Under the pieces are notes generated by a model. It was given only the letters and a program-made list of their open reading frames with translations, had not been told where the DNA came from and did no database searches. A stretch of 64,000 nt of DNA, taken from positions 1,982,011-2,046,010 of the forward strand of contig MU054117.1 in assembly GCA_013239625.1 (NCBI GenBank). Reading direction: 5' to 3'. The translations under genes and the position numbers were made by a program. Every line of letters starts with the position of its first letter. The stretch's first letter is position 1. The stretch is from Lama guanicoe. Lineage: Eukaryota. Of the stretch, positions 1 through 14,661 are shown one piece after another.

Positions 1-3000
1 TGTGTTTGACGTATGATGTCCTGCGTTGAGCTTGCCGTCGTCTTTCCTACTTCTTGGTTGGAAACTTGGTGCATTAAGGAGGTTAGTGTTACTCAGCGTC
101 CTCACGTGTGGTACGAATCAGCCACGTTAATACCTGTGCCGCTCGTGTGCTGTGACTGGTTCCTCGTACCAGTTTTTGTTTTTCTTGGGGTTAATAGTCC
201 CCCTTCCTTTTTTCGTTTTTCACGTTTTCATTGTGATCATCGTAAATTTATTTTCAGATTTTCCAGGCGAGTAAATCTCTCAGTATGCTTTCACCCTTCC
301 CATAATCTGCTAGCTTCACTTTCTTCTAGGAGCCATTCCTCTGGAGTCTCAGTCCAGATTGATTCTTCTTAATGTCTGCTGTCAGCCTAGAACTTCTTTT
401 GCTCTTAGCATTCTGGAAGTTCCCTTTGCGTCTCTCTTTGTTTGGAAGGTCTTCCTACTACTTGGTTTACTCCTATTTTGGTGAAAATGTCTTCTGCTAG
501 TTTGATGAGCAAGCATGTAAATGGAATGTAAACTTTGCTTATCTGAAAATATTCTCCTCTTCAACTTTATTCGTAGTTGGGTGGGTTTAGAAGTCCAAAT
601 TAAATTGCACATCATTTTGTTTTAGTACTTCCAAAGCTTTACTCCGTAATTTAGCTTCTGCTGTTGCTGTTGAGAAGAGTGGTGCTATGCTAATTCTGTT
701 CCTCTGTGTGTGACCCATGTCTTGAAGGCACAGGGTCTATTCTTCGTTCCCAGTGCGTTGAGACTTCACAGTGATAGGCACTGGTATGTGTTAATTTTCA
801 TTGCACTTGATAACCCTTCTTATCTAAACTCAAGTCTTTGAGATCTTGTAACTTGTATTAATTCTTGGACAGTTTTCTCTCTTTTTGAACTCTTATATTA
901 GTTGGATATTAGACTATTAGACTGATGCTCTAGTTTACGTACCTGTTTCTTTTGTAGGTTAGTGTTCCTTCTTTTCAGATTCTCCTGAGAGTAAACCTTC
1001 AGTCTTCTGCTGGGTTGGAGAGGGTTAGTCATCTGGCTGTGCTGACTGGAGGAGATCTGATTACTTTTATACAGGTTTTCAGCCAATCCTGTTCTTTTAA
1101 AATTTAATTGTAAAGTTACTGCTGCTTCCATTTCTTGAGCCTCTCCAGCTTCTGTTGTTGCAAAAGCTTCTCCTTGGCTTTCTTCTGTTGCAAGGCCTGG
1201 GGCTTTGTTGTTTGTTTTTCTGTTTTTGCTTGCTGAGCTATCATTCATCCATTTGCTTTTGTCTCTTGGTCTGTTTGTTTTCTTGGGAGTATGTCTTTTT
1301 GTTCATTTACTGTCTTTTTAGTGGAGCTTTGAGAGTGAGTTTTCAAATAGAAGACTGCTACTACTTTTTGTTTATTAAAATTGTCTCTTACTAGCTGGAC
1401 TGACTTTTTCATTGGAGTGAAATTTCGGCCTTGATTGATGTTACTCTTTCATTAAGTTTTAAGGGCTTGTCTTCATTGTGTTCAATTTTAGTGTACCATG
1501 TACCTTTTCATAGGGCATCAGTTATAGTGACATTTTTCTAATGACAGTGGTGTAATAAATTGCACGGCAGATGTTTGGAATAAATGGTTTATATTTTGAA
1601 ATTATGCATGATAATCCTTGAATCTCTCAGGTGAAGAAAAGCCAGTGTAAGGCTTGATGTGTTTTTGTGGTATTGGTCCTGATTAGATTGTTAGAGTATT
1701 ATAAACGTCTGAATCCCAAGTCCTGCTCCGATGTCCTTGTAAGAGACTTTTGTCTTATTCTTGTCTGTACCCTGACTGGGTCGTTTTCACAGCCGTGGGC
1801 CGGGAGTCATGAGAACTGGTGGGAGGCCCAGGATCCATGCAGCAGTGTCACTGCTGGTGGAGATTTGGCTTGAAGTGCTTTGAACACAAAGCGGATTGTT
1901 ATGTAGGGGTGATGACTGTGCTGGATGATACAGATTAGTGAGAGGGCTTGTTTCCCCTCTGCCATTTACTGCTCCTCCCCACTTGCTTCAGCCACACTGG
2001 TTTCCTTATGGCTTTGTCAACATGCCGGCATGCTCAACACATGGGGCCTCGACACTGGCTGTCCCCCGCGTGTCTGCTTGGGAAACTGCTTCGCCTCCTT
2101 CAAGTCTTCCCTCAAATTCCAGTTTTGTAGTGAGGCCTTTTCTGGCTGCTTACTGCCTCAGTTTGCCCTCAGGCTCCTACTTGGGAGGCTTGTTAACAAC
2201 TCTTAAACTTCTTCCACAGGATTTATCACTTCAAAATTGACATGTTATGTTTATTCTCCCACTAGAATGTAAGCCCCGATGGGGCAGAAATCTTCATTTT
2301 ATTCACCAGTGTATTTCCAGCACCTGGAACAGGTGTAGAAACAGTGGGAAGCTGTTCACCCATTTACTTCCAGACAGCCCTCTGTCTAAACCGCCCTCAG
2401 TGTGTCTTCCTCTACACTACAGAATTTGAAAAATAAATTTTTCCTCCATGTAATTTTCCCCTGGTTGACCCTTAGTAACAGCAGGAGCTTCTCCGAGGTT
2501 GGGATAAGAGAGCCTGAAGAATTCAGCCCTGTGCACATGAGCGTGTGAGCTTCTACCAAGCTTTCAGGTGTTTCACTAGAGGAAGGCTGCTTTGGCTGTA
2601 GTTTCTGTCATCAGCGAAGCTAACAGCTGCCTGTATCTTAGTGTGTGAGAGATGAACAGTAGCAGTTTCTAGAAGATTGGGGCCCTGGTACATGTGTTTC
2701 CTGCTGTGCCTGGTTTGATGTGAGCGTTCAGCAGAAACTGGCCAGTTTATCCCATCACTTCCTACCCTCAGTCTGTGCTGCATGTGATAAACCTGCTGTA
2801 ATCCGATCTTTCCTCATCATTTCTTCCTCGTCTTCCATATAAAGCTTTTCTCTTTTTGAAAAATGATGGCCTCCTTTTCCAAAATACCTCTGAGCCATTG
2901 TTTGCCGTTTCTGTTAAATTCTGTGAGTTAGTTGATGTATTTTCCAGTATTAGGATTTATGTTCATTTTGTACTATGTAACATTTATTCTCATGTCTGTA

Positions 3001-3260
3001 TTTGGTCTGTTTTTAATTCTTATTTACATTTTGAATTCCCTGTGGATGTGGAGTACATGTATGTATTTAGTTTTCTCAAGGTACATAATATGCAAAGTGT
3101 AAATTCATTAAATCTTTTTGAATGAAGGTTCACTGAAGGTAGGCACAGTAACATTAATTGAACAGTAGAATTTGAATGTCCAAAAATCATTGTCTATTCC
3201 ATATTTTACATGTTGATGAGTTTCAGTTTTGTCAGATACTTTTTGAAATGAAATTTGTAA

Positions 3261-3554
<294 letters not shown>

Positions 3555-3817
3555 TAAATCCAGTCTCCAAACAGAAACTGTAGACTGTGTCCGCCGTAAT
3601 AAGTTAGCAGTTGGCTTTGCATAGCAAGTTGAAAAAGATTTCTCCAGGTATGGGAATTTGGGAGGGGCAGGGGGTAGTTTAAAATCACAGCTATCTCTGC
3701 TGGTTTACAAGGTGAAGGCTAATGGGAATGAAGACTGTTTCCTTATTTATTTTAAAATGTTTAAGCTTAAACTTGAGTGAAGCTTTTTGAAAAGTTCCTT
3801 CTCTTGGTTTCATGTAC

Positions 3818-5403
3818 TTTTTTTTAACAGCTTTATTGAGGTATGATTTACATACCAGAGAATTCACCCATTGTGGGTGCACAGTCAGTAAGGCTTAACA
3901 AGTTACACATTCATGCAGCAGTCACCACAGCCCAGCTTTAGAACACACTCGTCAGCCCAAAACGTTCCTTTGTGTTTGTTTCTAGTTGATTCTTGCTCCT
4001 ATGCCCAAACCTGGACACCTCCTGATCTGCTTTCTGACTCTGTAGTTTTGCCTTTTCTAGAAATTTCACATAGATGGAATCGTACAATAATGATTTTGTA
4101 TATAGCTCCTTTCACTTAGCCTAATGTTTTTAAGGTTCATCTATGTTCTAGTATTAGTACTTCATTCCTTTTTATGGCAGAATAATATTCTATTGTATGG
4201 ATGTACCACATTTGTTTATTCGTTATCAGTTGATGGACAGTTGGATTGTTTCCAGTTTATGGCTGTTATGAATAATGCTATGAATATTCATGTACTAGTC
4301 TTTGTGTGGACATATGTTTTCATTTCTCTTGGGTAGATACCTAGGAGTGGAATTGCTGGGTTATATGGTAAGTTTATGTTTAACTTTTTAAGAAACTGCC
4401 GAACTGTTTTCCAAAGTGGCTGAACCATTTTACATTCCCACCAGTAATGTAGAGGTTTCCAGTTTCTCCACATCTTTGCCAACACTTGATACTGTCAGTT
4501 TTTTTGCTTACAGCCATTCTAGTGGGTGTGTAGTGGTATCTCATTGTGGTTTTAAGTTTTATTTCCCTAATAACTAATGGTGTTTGCATCTTTCCATGTG
4601 CATATTAGCCATTTGTATATTTTCCTTGATGAAGTGTCTGCAAATCTTTTTTTTTATTGGGTTCTTTGTCATCTTATACTTGCTTTAAGAGTTCGCTATA
4701 TATTCTGGCTGTAAGTCCTTTATCAGATGTATGATTTATTAATATTTTCCCCAGTCTGTGATTTGTCTTTTCATTTTTATAGTGGTGTCTATTTGAAGAG
4801 TAATGTATGGCTTTCCCTCCCCCCTTTATGGACTGTGCTTCTGCTGTCATATCTAAGAAATCTTGTCCTAACTCAAGTCTACAAAGATTTTCTTGTTTTG
4901 TTTTCATCTAGAAGTTTTATAGTTTTAGCTTTTATGTTTAGGTCTGTGATCCATTTTAAGCTTTTTTTTTTTTATATATATATAGTACAAAGTAAGCGTA
5001 TAAGTTTGTTTTAGGGGCAGCGGAGAAGGGGCATATGAATATCCAGTTGTATCAGCACCATTTGTTTAAAAGACAGCTCTTTTTCCATTGATTTATCTTG
5101 GCACCTTTGTTGAAAATCAGTTAACGTAAACGTATGGGTTTATTTCTAGTCTGTTTTGTTCTTTGATCTGTACGTTGAACACCAGTACTGTGCTGTCTTG
5201 AGTACTGTAGCTTTATAGTAAGTTTTGATATTTGGTAGTGTCAGTCCTCTAACTTTGTTGTTTTTTCAAAATTTCCAAACAATTTGCATTTCCACATTGA
5301 TTTTATGATCCACTTCTCAATTTCTACAACAAAAGCATGCTAAGATTTTGATAGGGATTATTTCGAATCTGTAGATCATTTTGGTGGGCGAATTGTCATC
5401 TGA
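3818..5403 (-). mobile_element. 5'-truncated old LINE-1 (L1M-type), ORF2 C-terminus plus 3'UTR
   Basis: Minus-strand ORF WWECKMVQPLWKTV..LPYNPAIPLLGIYP is the L1 ORF2 C-terminus; poly-T at 3818; TSD-like tttcatgta(c/g)tttt at 3808 and 5404. Confidence 0.9.
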
Positions 5404-5509
5404 TTTCATGTAGTTTTAGGGATTTATTAGAAATTTATTTTTTTCTTACTTCTCAGATCCGATTTCTTATCAGTGAATCTGCTCTCTTCCTGTGCTCTTG
5501 ATTCTCTAG

Positions 5510-5644
5510 GGTGTGCAGATGCCTAATTTAGATCTTAAGGAAAAAGTGGACTCTGAGGTTCTTGGCACTGATGTCCAGACTTCCCCAGAAGCGGGCACAA
5601 GAGTGAACATGCTGCCGAAGAGAACAAGACGTGTCAAGTCTCAG
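5510..5644 (+). CDS. KDM5A: KDM5A exon 5, 135 nt
   Basis: ctctag|GGT...CAG|gtacca; [13 protein letters not shown]...KRTRRVKSQ. Confidence 0.95.
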
Positions 5645-6758
5645 GTACCAGTTTCCATGGCTGTTCTCGACAGGAGTGTTCGGTGCACTGACTGTGTGGA
5701 ACACACCTGGTCATGGGACATCATTCATGCACTGTTGTTCTGTAGAACCCGAAGAGACATATTTTTCATTTACCTTTGAGGCGAATGGGGAAGAAATCAT
5801 AAAATTCAGTCTGATTTAATTTAGAGTGAGTTGATTTTGAACAGTTTTGACAGGGCTGACAAATCAGAGTGACTGTATACTTGAAGGCCAGTTTCATAGA
5901 CACACTGATGAATTGTGGTACATTGCATTTTCATGGTTAGTGTAAGTGAGAAGAGTAGGAAAGAGTGGTTTTATTTTTCACTCATTCCTTTAAAAACCGG
6001 AGTATTCATTTCTTAGTGTCTGAACTGTTTCAAAGTAATTTCTATAGTGTTCTTGTAACCTAAAATAATTTTAATGCCTCAGAAGAAAAATGCCCCAACT
6101 TCTTTTTGTCTGCCCCTTTGACCCCCCGCCCCATTCCCATTTTTTTATGGTCCTCGAAGTTGTATTTTTAAAGGTTTTTGGTAAAGACAAGTCTGTAGGC
6201 TGGGACAGTGAGAACTCTTAAGATATTTAAACTAACACTTGGGTGGACCAGAAAAGCAGCTTAACTGGATCCTAAACACTGAGTTTAAGAATGGAAATGA
6301 TTCACGTTGAAAGTGAGAATCAGAGAAGGAAGACAGTCACTGTTAACAAGAGCTAATGGATCTAGGGTTATGAGGAGTTCTGTCACCGGAGAGGCAGGCT
6401 GCCTCTTTGACATGATGACTCAACTTTGAAGAGGCGCCCTAAGTGGCCCTGCCCATTTAATCAGTTGCCAGTGTGTGATGAAATCTCTTTTGATGTTCCT
6501 TCTGAAACCATGAAGAAGTCCCTCTTATTCTTGATTCTTTACGTAAGCGTAGGGACCATATAGAATGCTTTGCCCTCTGTGGTAATTGTCACTGTAGTCA
6601 GATTGGTTGATAAGATTAGAAACTAGAACAGTTTCAGGATTTGCATTTGAGAATTTCTTCAACTCATAGTTTGTCCTTGATTAATATTGACAGTCTGCCT
6701 TGTTCCTAGTCTTCAGTTGCAGAAGGAAAGTTGAAGCTTCCTGGTAGACCTTCACCTC

Positions 6759-6810
6759 CTCTCTCTCTCCCGCTCTCTCTCTTTCTCTCTCTCTCCCTCT
6801 CTCCCCCCCC
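6759..6810. repeat. (CT)n / polypyrimidine microsatellite
   Basis: ctctctctcccgctctctctctttctctctctctccctctctcccccccc. Confidence 0.9.
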
Positions 6811-9379
6811 CAGTACATGAAGCTATGTGGTGTTCGTTCTTAATCTCTAACCATCTCTGGGCAAAATGCACCTTTCTCTCTAAGGGTAATCCTTCCTGTT
6901 CCATCCTTTCTGGCTCTGGAACAGAAGCTCCTTCCTAGATAGTACCTTACTCCTTGCCTCTTTTCACCAAGATATTCCTTGAAAATAACCTACGCTGTCT
7001 CAGTTTCCTCAGTATTTGTTCAGTTTTCATACTGTTTAGTCTGACTTTAAATAATTTCGTTGAAACTCCACTACTCAGGTTGCTACTGAGCTAATAATTG
7101 TGAAGTGCTGAGGACTCCTTTTCATTTCTTCTACTTCCTCTCTGATAACGTGTATGTTTGTTCTTCTTGAAATTTGATTAACTTGAGTTTCCTTTGGCTT
7201 CTGTGACAGCTCCCTTGTGGTTTTCCTCTTCACTCTGACCGCAGCTCAGTAGTCTTCGTTTTCTCTCTGCCCTTTACGTGGCACTTTGAGTCCTTCCCTG
7301 TCTTCGCTCCCCAGCTGTCTCATCTACCCTGTGATTTCGGTTACTGCCTGTCTCTCAGGACTCCTAAATATAGCTGGTCATCCATGCGCCTTTCCTGTTG
7401 GCCCGGGGCGGTGTGTGCCTGCAGGTGTGTGTGTGCGTCCTGGTGGCCCGAGCCCACTTGGCACATCTCAAACATCATCACCTTTTTCTAAATCTTTTTT
7501 TTTTTTTTAAGTATTTTCTAGCTTGGTGACAGTGACAAGTACAGCCATGGAATAGTCTCTCAAAGAAGAATCAGAAGCTGTGGAGGTTGTCCTGCCCCCT
7601 TCCTGTCTCTGTCACGTCACTTGCTCTGCTCCTCTTTAGCTGTGTTGTCATCTGTGACCTCACTAGAATGAGTTCCTTGAAAGTTGAGATTGCAGTTTGT
7701 TTATATCAAGGATTCCCAAACCCGTAACACATTTATACGTTAGGATGAAGCCTGTGGTGTGAGGATGTCCCATTGCTGATGGCACTAAGGTTGAGCCAGA
7801 CTTCTCCAGCATAAAGAACTACTCTCTCTGTAACAAAGTAATCAGAGTAAACTGTAGGACAGTGGGAACAACCCGCTTTCCAGTTACTTTTTGCCCAGTG
7901 GTTTTAACATTCGTTGATGACCTTGCCTCAGTTAATTATGCTGGTGGTTGCAAACTGGGTGATTTTCTGGTTCTATCATTTCTTCTACATTTATTAGTTA
8001 GTTTGCATTTTTCTTGAAAGAACTTTTCTCTCACATTTTCTCTTGATGTATTTTTCACAGAATAAAATGTGAATATCTTAACTGTACAGTTTGATGAATT
8101 ATGATGAATGTATTTACCTGTGGAACCATGACTGGTTGTTATATTATTTCAGCTTTTGGGGACGTTATTGTCTGTCTGAAAAGGTTGTTGTAAGGATTAA
8201 TTGATTAAAATCCTTTGGTATGGCACATACTATACACTCAGTGTATGTCAGCTTTTGTTATTATGTACTTTGTTTTGATCGTGGTAAAGAATGTGCAGTG
8301 TTATGTGTATCATCGGACTAGCTGTAGAGGTTGGTTAACATCACCCAGTCAGTCTACTGCAATTGAAAGGTAAACTTTGAAATGCCCTTTTGTTTCTTTC
8401 ATAATCTTTTAGTAGGTGTGAGCTGTTCCATAGCCATAGATTTATAGTCTGTATTTCATCCTGGTTTGTTTTTATTCTTATTGACTAAGTGTATTTTAAG
8501 TAGGTTTTGGTTTTTAGCCTGCATTCAGAGATTATCTAATTTCAAGATGTAACGGTGGTGTCTGTTAGGAGGCTCTTGCCTTCAAGTACTAGAATGCCTT
8601 AAGCTTTGACAACACAGTTTTCCCAAAAGGACGCATTTTCCACATTAGATTTTCAGAGATAAGTAGTTCTAGGATTGGTTGAGCAACTTCGCATTGTTGT
8701 CTTTCCATCTTTCTGCTTGGCTTTCTTTGATGTAAGGCTGTGCGTCTCCTCTTCGCTGCATGGTGGCTGCTGCAGAGTCCAGCACTCTGCTCTCTCCATA
8801 CTTGAGTCTCCTCACAGTGGGGAAGGATGTTGGGGCCAAAGGGCTTACTTTTTGAGACCCTTTTTTCTTTTATTAGAAGATGAGAATCTTTCCCAGAATT
8901 TCCAGACCTTCCTTATGTCTCATTGGCTAGACTAGGATAACAGTCCCACCCCTAGCTAGGTCATCACCAATCAAGAAATGGCATTGGCGTGATTGTCTTA
9001 AGACAGTCATTACTCATCTCCTGGGATGGGACACCATCAAAGATGGGTGTCCATTAGCAGGAGTGGGAATTTCTACGGAGTTATTACCAGTATTATACCA
9101 GTAGTTAACCAGTAGTGTCTGTCTCTGGATAGAACCCAGTGGAGAGCTGTGCTTTTACGAAAGGTAGACTTTCTTTTGTGGAAAGGAATCTCAGGGTTGC
9201 ATAGTGCTTTGGTGACCGTTCAACTGTTGCAAAGAAGCAGACAATGGATTTAGAGAGAATTCAGATAATTTTTTCCTTTATTTTGAATTTGATCTTGAAA
9301 CTTCTCTTGAGTAAGAAAATAAGTTTGTGAATTAGTCAGTTAGACTAATGTGAGTTTTATTTATTTATTTATTTTTTAG

Positions 9380-9485
9380 TCGGAATCTGGAGAAGTGAAT
9401 AGAAACACAGAACTGAAGAAGCTTCGAATTTTTGGGGCTGGGCCTAAGGTTGTGGGCCTGGCAATGGGAGTAAAAGATAAAGAAG
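9380..9485 (+). CDS. KDM5A: KDM5A exon 6, 106 nt
   Basis: tttttag|TCG...GAAG|gtaaaa; [35 protein letters not shown]. Confidence 0.95.
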
Positions 9486-10429
9486 GTAAAATCTGCTATT
9501 TGGTCGTGAAAAGGAATGAGGTACAACAGTGTGGTTGTAACAAAATTCAGATAATGTTTTAATTGTAGTCTCCCCTGGGATGTTCTTAAGAGTTGTAGAC
9601 TTGCAACAGTCGTTCCTAGACAGATCGCCTTTTTGAATGGCAGATAATCTTAAGGTGTGAGGAGTCATCTTATGTTGAATTTTTATATTTTGGAAGAGAG
9701 AAAATTTCCTCCTCCATGTCTAACATGTGACACAGAAATTACAGCTTCCAAAAGCTAGTTTACGAGACAATGATGAAATTAATGGTTCTCACCTGGTGAT
9801 CTAAAGCTTATTATTTTTAAATTTGAAAAGAAACAGAGGATTCTCTCTGACCCTTAGTATCAAAATATACTGGAGACAGCTAATGACTTAAATTCTAACT
9901 CTAATTTTGATATTTTTCTATAATTGCCTGTGTATATTATGACAGTTCATTCAAATAAAGTGAAGAGTGTCTGGTACTATCAGCTTAGCATGTTGGAAGG
10001 TTTTTGTCAGTCAGATTGCTAATGCAAAGATCAGATCTCACTATTCTATGTACCTGTTTTAAAACTCAGTTTAACAAAGATTGTGTTGGCTGTTTTTACT
10101 GTATAAGAACTTAATGAACTGCTGTGAGCACAGGTTTTACTGTATAAGAATGTAATGGAGTGCTGTAATCACAGTCATGTTGGTTATTGTGCATTTTATA
10201 TGAGTAAGTCATGGTTCACATTGTGGACTGAACTCTGAGTGACGAGATAATGCTCTTCCATCACTCTCAAAACATGCAGTGTGATAGCACGCACTGGATG
10301 GATTATAATGTTTACCATTGTCCTTTCTAAAATTACACATTCTTACCTTTTTCATGCTTGTAATTGTATTGGCTGGCAGTGATCTTAAAACTAGTCTCAA
10401 CTCAGTCCCTGGTAAGAACTGCGTGTAGG

Positions 10430-10670
10430 CAGTGTGGAATTAGTAGTGAAGCTCTCTGGAGCTTGAGTGGCTGCACTGGGATCCCGCGTCTGCCACTGAC
10501 TTGGGGCAAGTTACCTCGCTTCTCTGTGCTTCAGATTCTTTATCTTCAGTGGGGAGTAGTAGTTTATCTGCCTCTTAGTGTTGTGAGACTTGAACTAATT
10601 AAGTAATGAAAAGTAACTTTAAATAGTGTCTGGTCCATGGTAAGCTCTCAACATTAGTTTTTACTATTAT
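10430..10670 (+). mobile_element. MIR SINE relic
   Basis: MIR core-like gacttggggcaagttacctcgcttctctgtgcttcagattctttatct and 3' gtgtctggtccatggtaagctctcaa. Confidence 0.7.
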
Positions 10671-10690
10671 ATATAACTTTTTATTTCAAG

Positions 10691-10782
10691 ATGAGGTCTC
10701 CCGAAGACGAAAAGTTACCAACAGGTCAGACGCATTTAACATGCAAATGAGACAACGGAAAGGAACTCTCTCTGTTAACTTT
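10691..10782 (+). CDS. KDM5A: KDM5A exon 7, 92 nt
   Basis: ttcaag|AT...TTT|gtaagt; (D)[30 protein letters not shown]; phase fits neighbours. Confidence 0.95.
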
Positions 10783-11370
10783 GTAAGTGTTCTGAGATGT
10801 GTCAGGAGGGAAAGGATTTATTTCTATTTTAGTTTTGCACTTTTTATCTTGCTATATCTTGGTATGCCATTTAGTTAGAAGACCTGATGGTGAATCTGAA
10901 GTTGCCGCTTTGGTTTATGTGATGTTAACCTTGCCTTGTCCCCTATACATGGACTGTTGCATAAGTCATACACTGTGAGAAAGTGAGACAGTAAGTTTCA
11001 ATCTGTAAATCCTTAGCTGTATTAGACAGTGCTCAGTGTTTAATTCTCTGTCAAAGAGTATTTGTGTATAGGAAGGGTTACATGGTATATTTTACTTATG
11101 TAAATGGATTTTCAAATACCGTAGATTTGTAGTCTTTCTTTAATCTAATACCTTGATATGCTTTTATTAACTTGCTTGTGAAGCTCTGAGAAAATTTAGG
11201 AAGTTTTATGCAAAGCTGTTTAAATACAGTTATTTAAAATAAATATTCAGGATTTAAGTTGTTTACTTTTTAGTGTACAGTAGTTTGCATATTTCAATTT
11301 GGGATTTCCTGGTAAAAATTTAATATTACTTATTAGAGGAAGTAGACTTTCATTTTATTTTGTTTTCTAA

Positions 11371-11541
<171 letters not shown>

Positions 11542-12488
11542 TGACCTTACCTTTCTAAACTCAAAACAGTAGCACATGCACACGAATACAGCAGACACAT
11601 CCCCAAGAGTTTCTTCTTTCTCCTTGTTTAAAATCTCCAGGGTTTTTAAAGAGGGTGGTGACTGGGAATGTAACAGTTCTGTTGTTGCAGTTGGGCTTTT
11701 AAAGGATCTTTTTCTGACTGTTGGTTAGATAATTCTGTTTATTGCTGCAGATGAATGATATGTTTCCTCAGAATATGCATATTCCTGAAGAGTCATAAAA
11801 ATGCGAAAAGTCCGTAGGTTCTTTTCTTTTTTAATTAAAAAAAAAAGTGAAAATCAGACGCAAAGCTCTAGAATTTAGGATTTATGCCTCCAGTTTTCAT
11901 GCTTCCAGATAAATCCATGGTATCTATTAGCTTGTTTAAATTTTGACTTGGTTGTACTAAACTTTTATTGAAAGATTATAATGATGTCATGCCATGAGAT
12001 GCCTGGTCTCTTATTTTAACAAAATGTTGTGATAGGACGTTGAAAGGGAGAAGATGACTGGGTGTATCTAGGTGTATTTATGGCCTTTGGGTTATTTTTA
12101 ATTTATTCACAGGGTTAAATGACTCAGAAGCATTTCTCCTCTTTTTTGAGTATTTGTGTTAAGAAACATGGTGATTGATAGTGTGGAAAAATCATTCTTT
12201 TAGCTAGATACCCTAACAGCCCAGCGAATATCCCTTTGTCCATGAACGTGTATTTTCTGCAGTGGGGACGACAGACAGCCCTGACTGAGTCCAGGTTGAT
12301 AGTCCAGGCGTCTGTCTTGGTGCTGGAGCAAATGCCAGCTCCAAAGCCTAAGCTGTCTCATTACCACCTTCTTACTGGAAGGCTGTGCAAATGCACTTGG
12401 GGTTTTAGAACGTGACTTCCTGATTCCATGTTGAAAGTAATTAATACACGTTTTGTGGTCTTGAGTTGATTGGATTTGCTTCGTTTAG

Positions 12489-12734
<246 letters not shown>

Positions 12735-13335
12735 TGAGGATTTATCTGAGCCTGAAGCTTCTGCTTCGCTTTTGGCATTCGCTGTTCTGTAGAGAACAGG
12801 GCAGCGTGGAAGAGGTGGTGGAGCACTGCGTTGGGCAGTTTGGGGCCCGGCTCCTGTGTCTGCGCCCTGTACTCTCCCTTGTGGTGGTGTGTGCTCTCCT
12901 GTTGAGAGCTTGACTTTGACCTTTGACTTGTTCATTAGCCCTCTGAGTGCCAGCGTGAAGCGTGTGGTAGTTGCCCCTTTTGTTTAGTTATTTGTAACCT
13001 GAGGTTTGCTGATTTCCCTGGGGGATCAGGGGCTTTTAACAGTCCGCCAAAGCTGTTAAAATCCAGCCTCAACTTCTGTATTGTCTTTTTTTCCTTGCTG
13101 TCTTGGGTCATCTTTAACCTTCTTAGTAGGAAAGAAGCTTGCAGAAGAAAGCAGTTCAAGGTCACCATGTTTTCTGAACATGTTGTCTTAGCTTTTCCCC
13201 ATCCTCAGTGCGAAAAGCGGGGACTAGTCTTTTCAGCTCTGGGAATTGAGAAGGTCTTCTGTTTTTCTATGGGTTTTTGTTTACTTGACCCTGTGTATTG
13301 TGTTCTAGTGGGTTATGGTTATAGTGAGTTCATAA

Positions 13336-13563
<228 letters not shown>

Positions 13564-14661
13564 TGACTCAGCCTTCGCATAGTAGAAAACTGCCTATCTT
13601 TAATCTTAAGGGGTCACATTCTTTTAAAGTATTAAATATGTAGGATTTAATAAGCTACAAATAAAAAGTACGTTTTTATTTTAAAAAATCTTCAGTTTTA
13701 AAAACAGTAAATTCAAAGTATCTTTAAAAATTATGTAACTTTGCATTTTAAAACCAGTTTAATGAGTTTAGAACTTCAACTCCGCTTGAAAGATTTTGCT
13801 TAGCTCTTTCTGTTTGAAAAATCTAGAAAGTGATTTGAGATTTAAAAAAATAATTACATTTCACTGATAGGTCCACAATTAAGTTTCCTTCAACGCCTGG
13901 GCAGGTAGGTTTTCCAGTGTGCACTTGACCTGTAACATGTCATGAAGTGCCGTCACATAGGAGAGGACCTCTGTGTGAAGCTGAGTTAAGATGACCTTTT
14001 CTTTTTCTCTTTACTTTGGTCCTTTTCACTCTTTATTTATAATTGGCAGCAATTAAGAATTTTATCTCCTATTGAAACAGTTACACATAGTTGGGAAAAA
14101 AAAATCACCTAGTGGAGAAGAATATACAGTTAAAAATATAGCCACTCCAGGTCTCTGAGGGTTACCATTGGCATGGTGTGTCTTTTTCTGTTCTTTTAAT
14201 TTGAAGCTGTGTGTCTCTTGTAGGCACCATATGATTAGTTCTTGCTTTTTAAAAAAATCTAGCCTGACGGTTGCCTTTTGACTGGAGTGTTCAGTCCATT
14301 TAAAGTTGATGTGGTGGGTTTGTACCTGCCATCTTGCCGCTCTCTCTGTCTCATGTCCTTTTGTTCCTCTGTTTCTCCTTTACGGCCTTCTTTGAATGTT
14401 AAACATATTTTTCATCGTATCATTTTAATGGGTCTGGAATTTTCTTTCTTTCTTTTTTTCTTTTGCTGTACATTTTGAGTATTTAGTGGTTCTCTAAGAA
14501 TTATATAATACGCACCTTTTTTAAAAAACACCATTATTGACAGTGTCCATCTTTAACTTAACTGTGGTCTACTTCATGTTAACACGGACTTCATTCTGGT
14601 ATACTAGCAACGTTCAAACAGCGTCTCTTCATTTCCTTCTCTCTTGTGTATTGTGTGTTAC

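Noticed and set aside
4288..4589. Independent protein-coding ORFs on the minus strand
   Set aside because: Frameshifted remnants of L1 ORF2, not a host gene or an active element
6411..6512. Intronic C/D box snoRNA (ATGATGA...CTGA)
   Set aside because: No convincing terminal stem or recognisable rRNA/snRNA guide; such motifs occur by chance at this frequency
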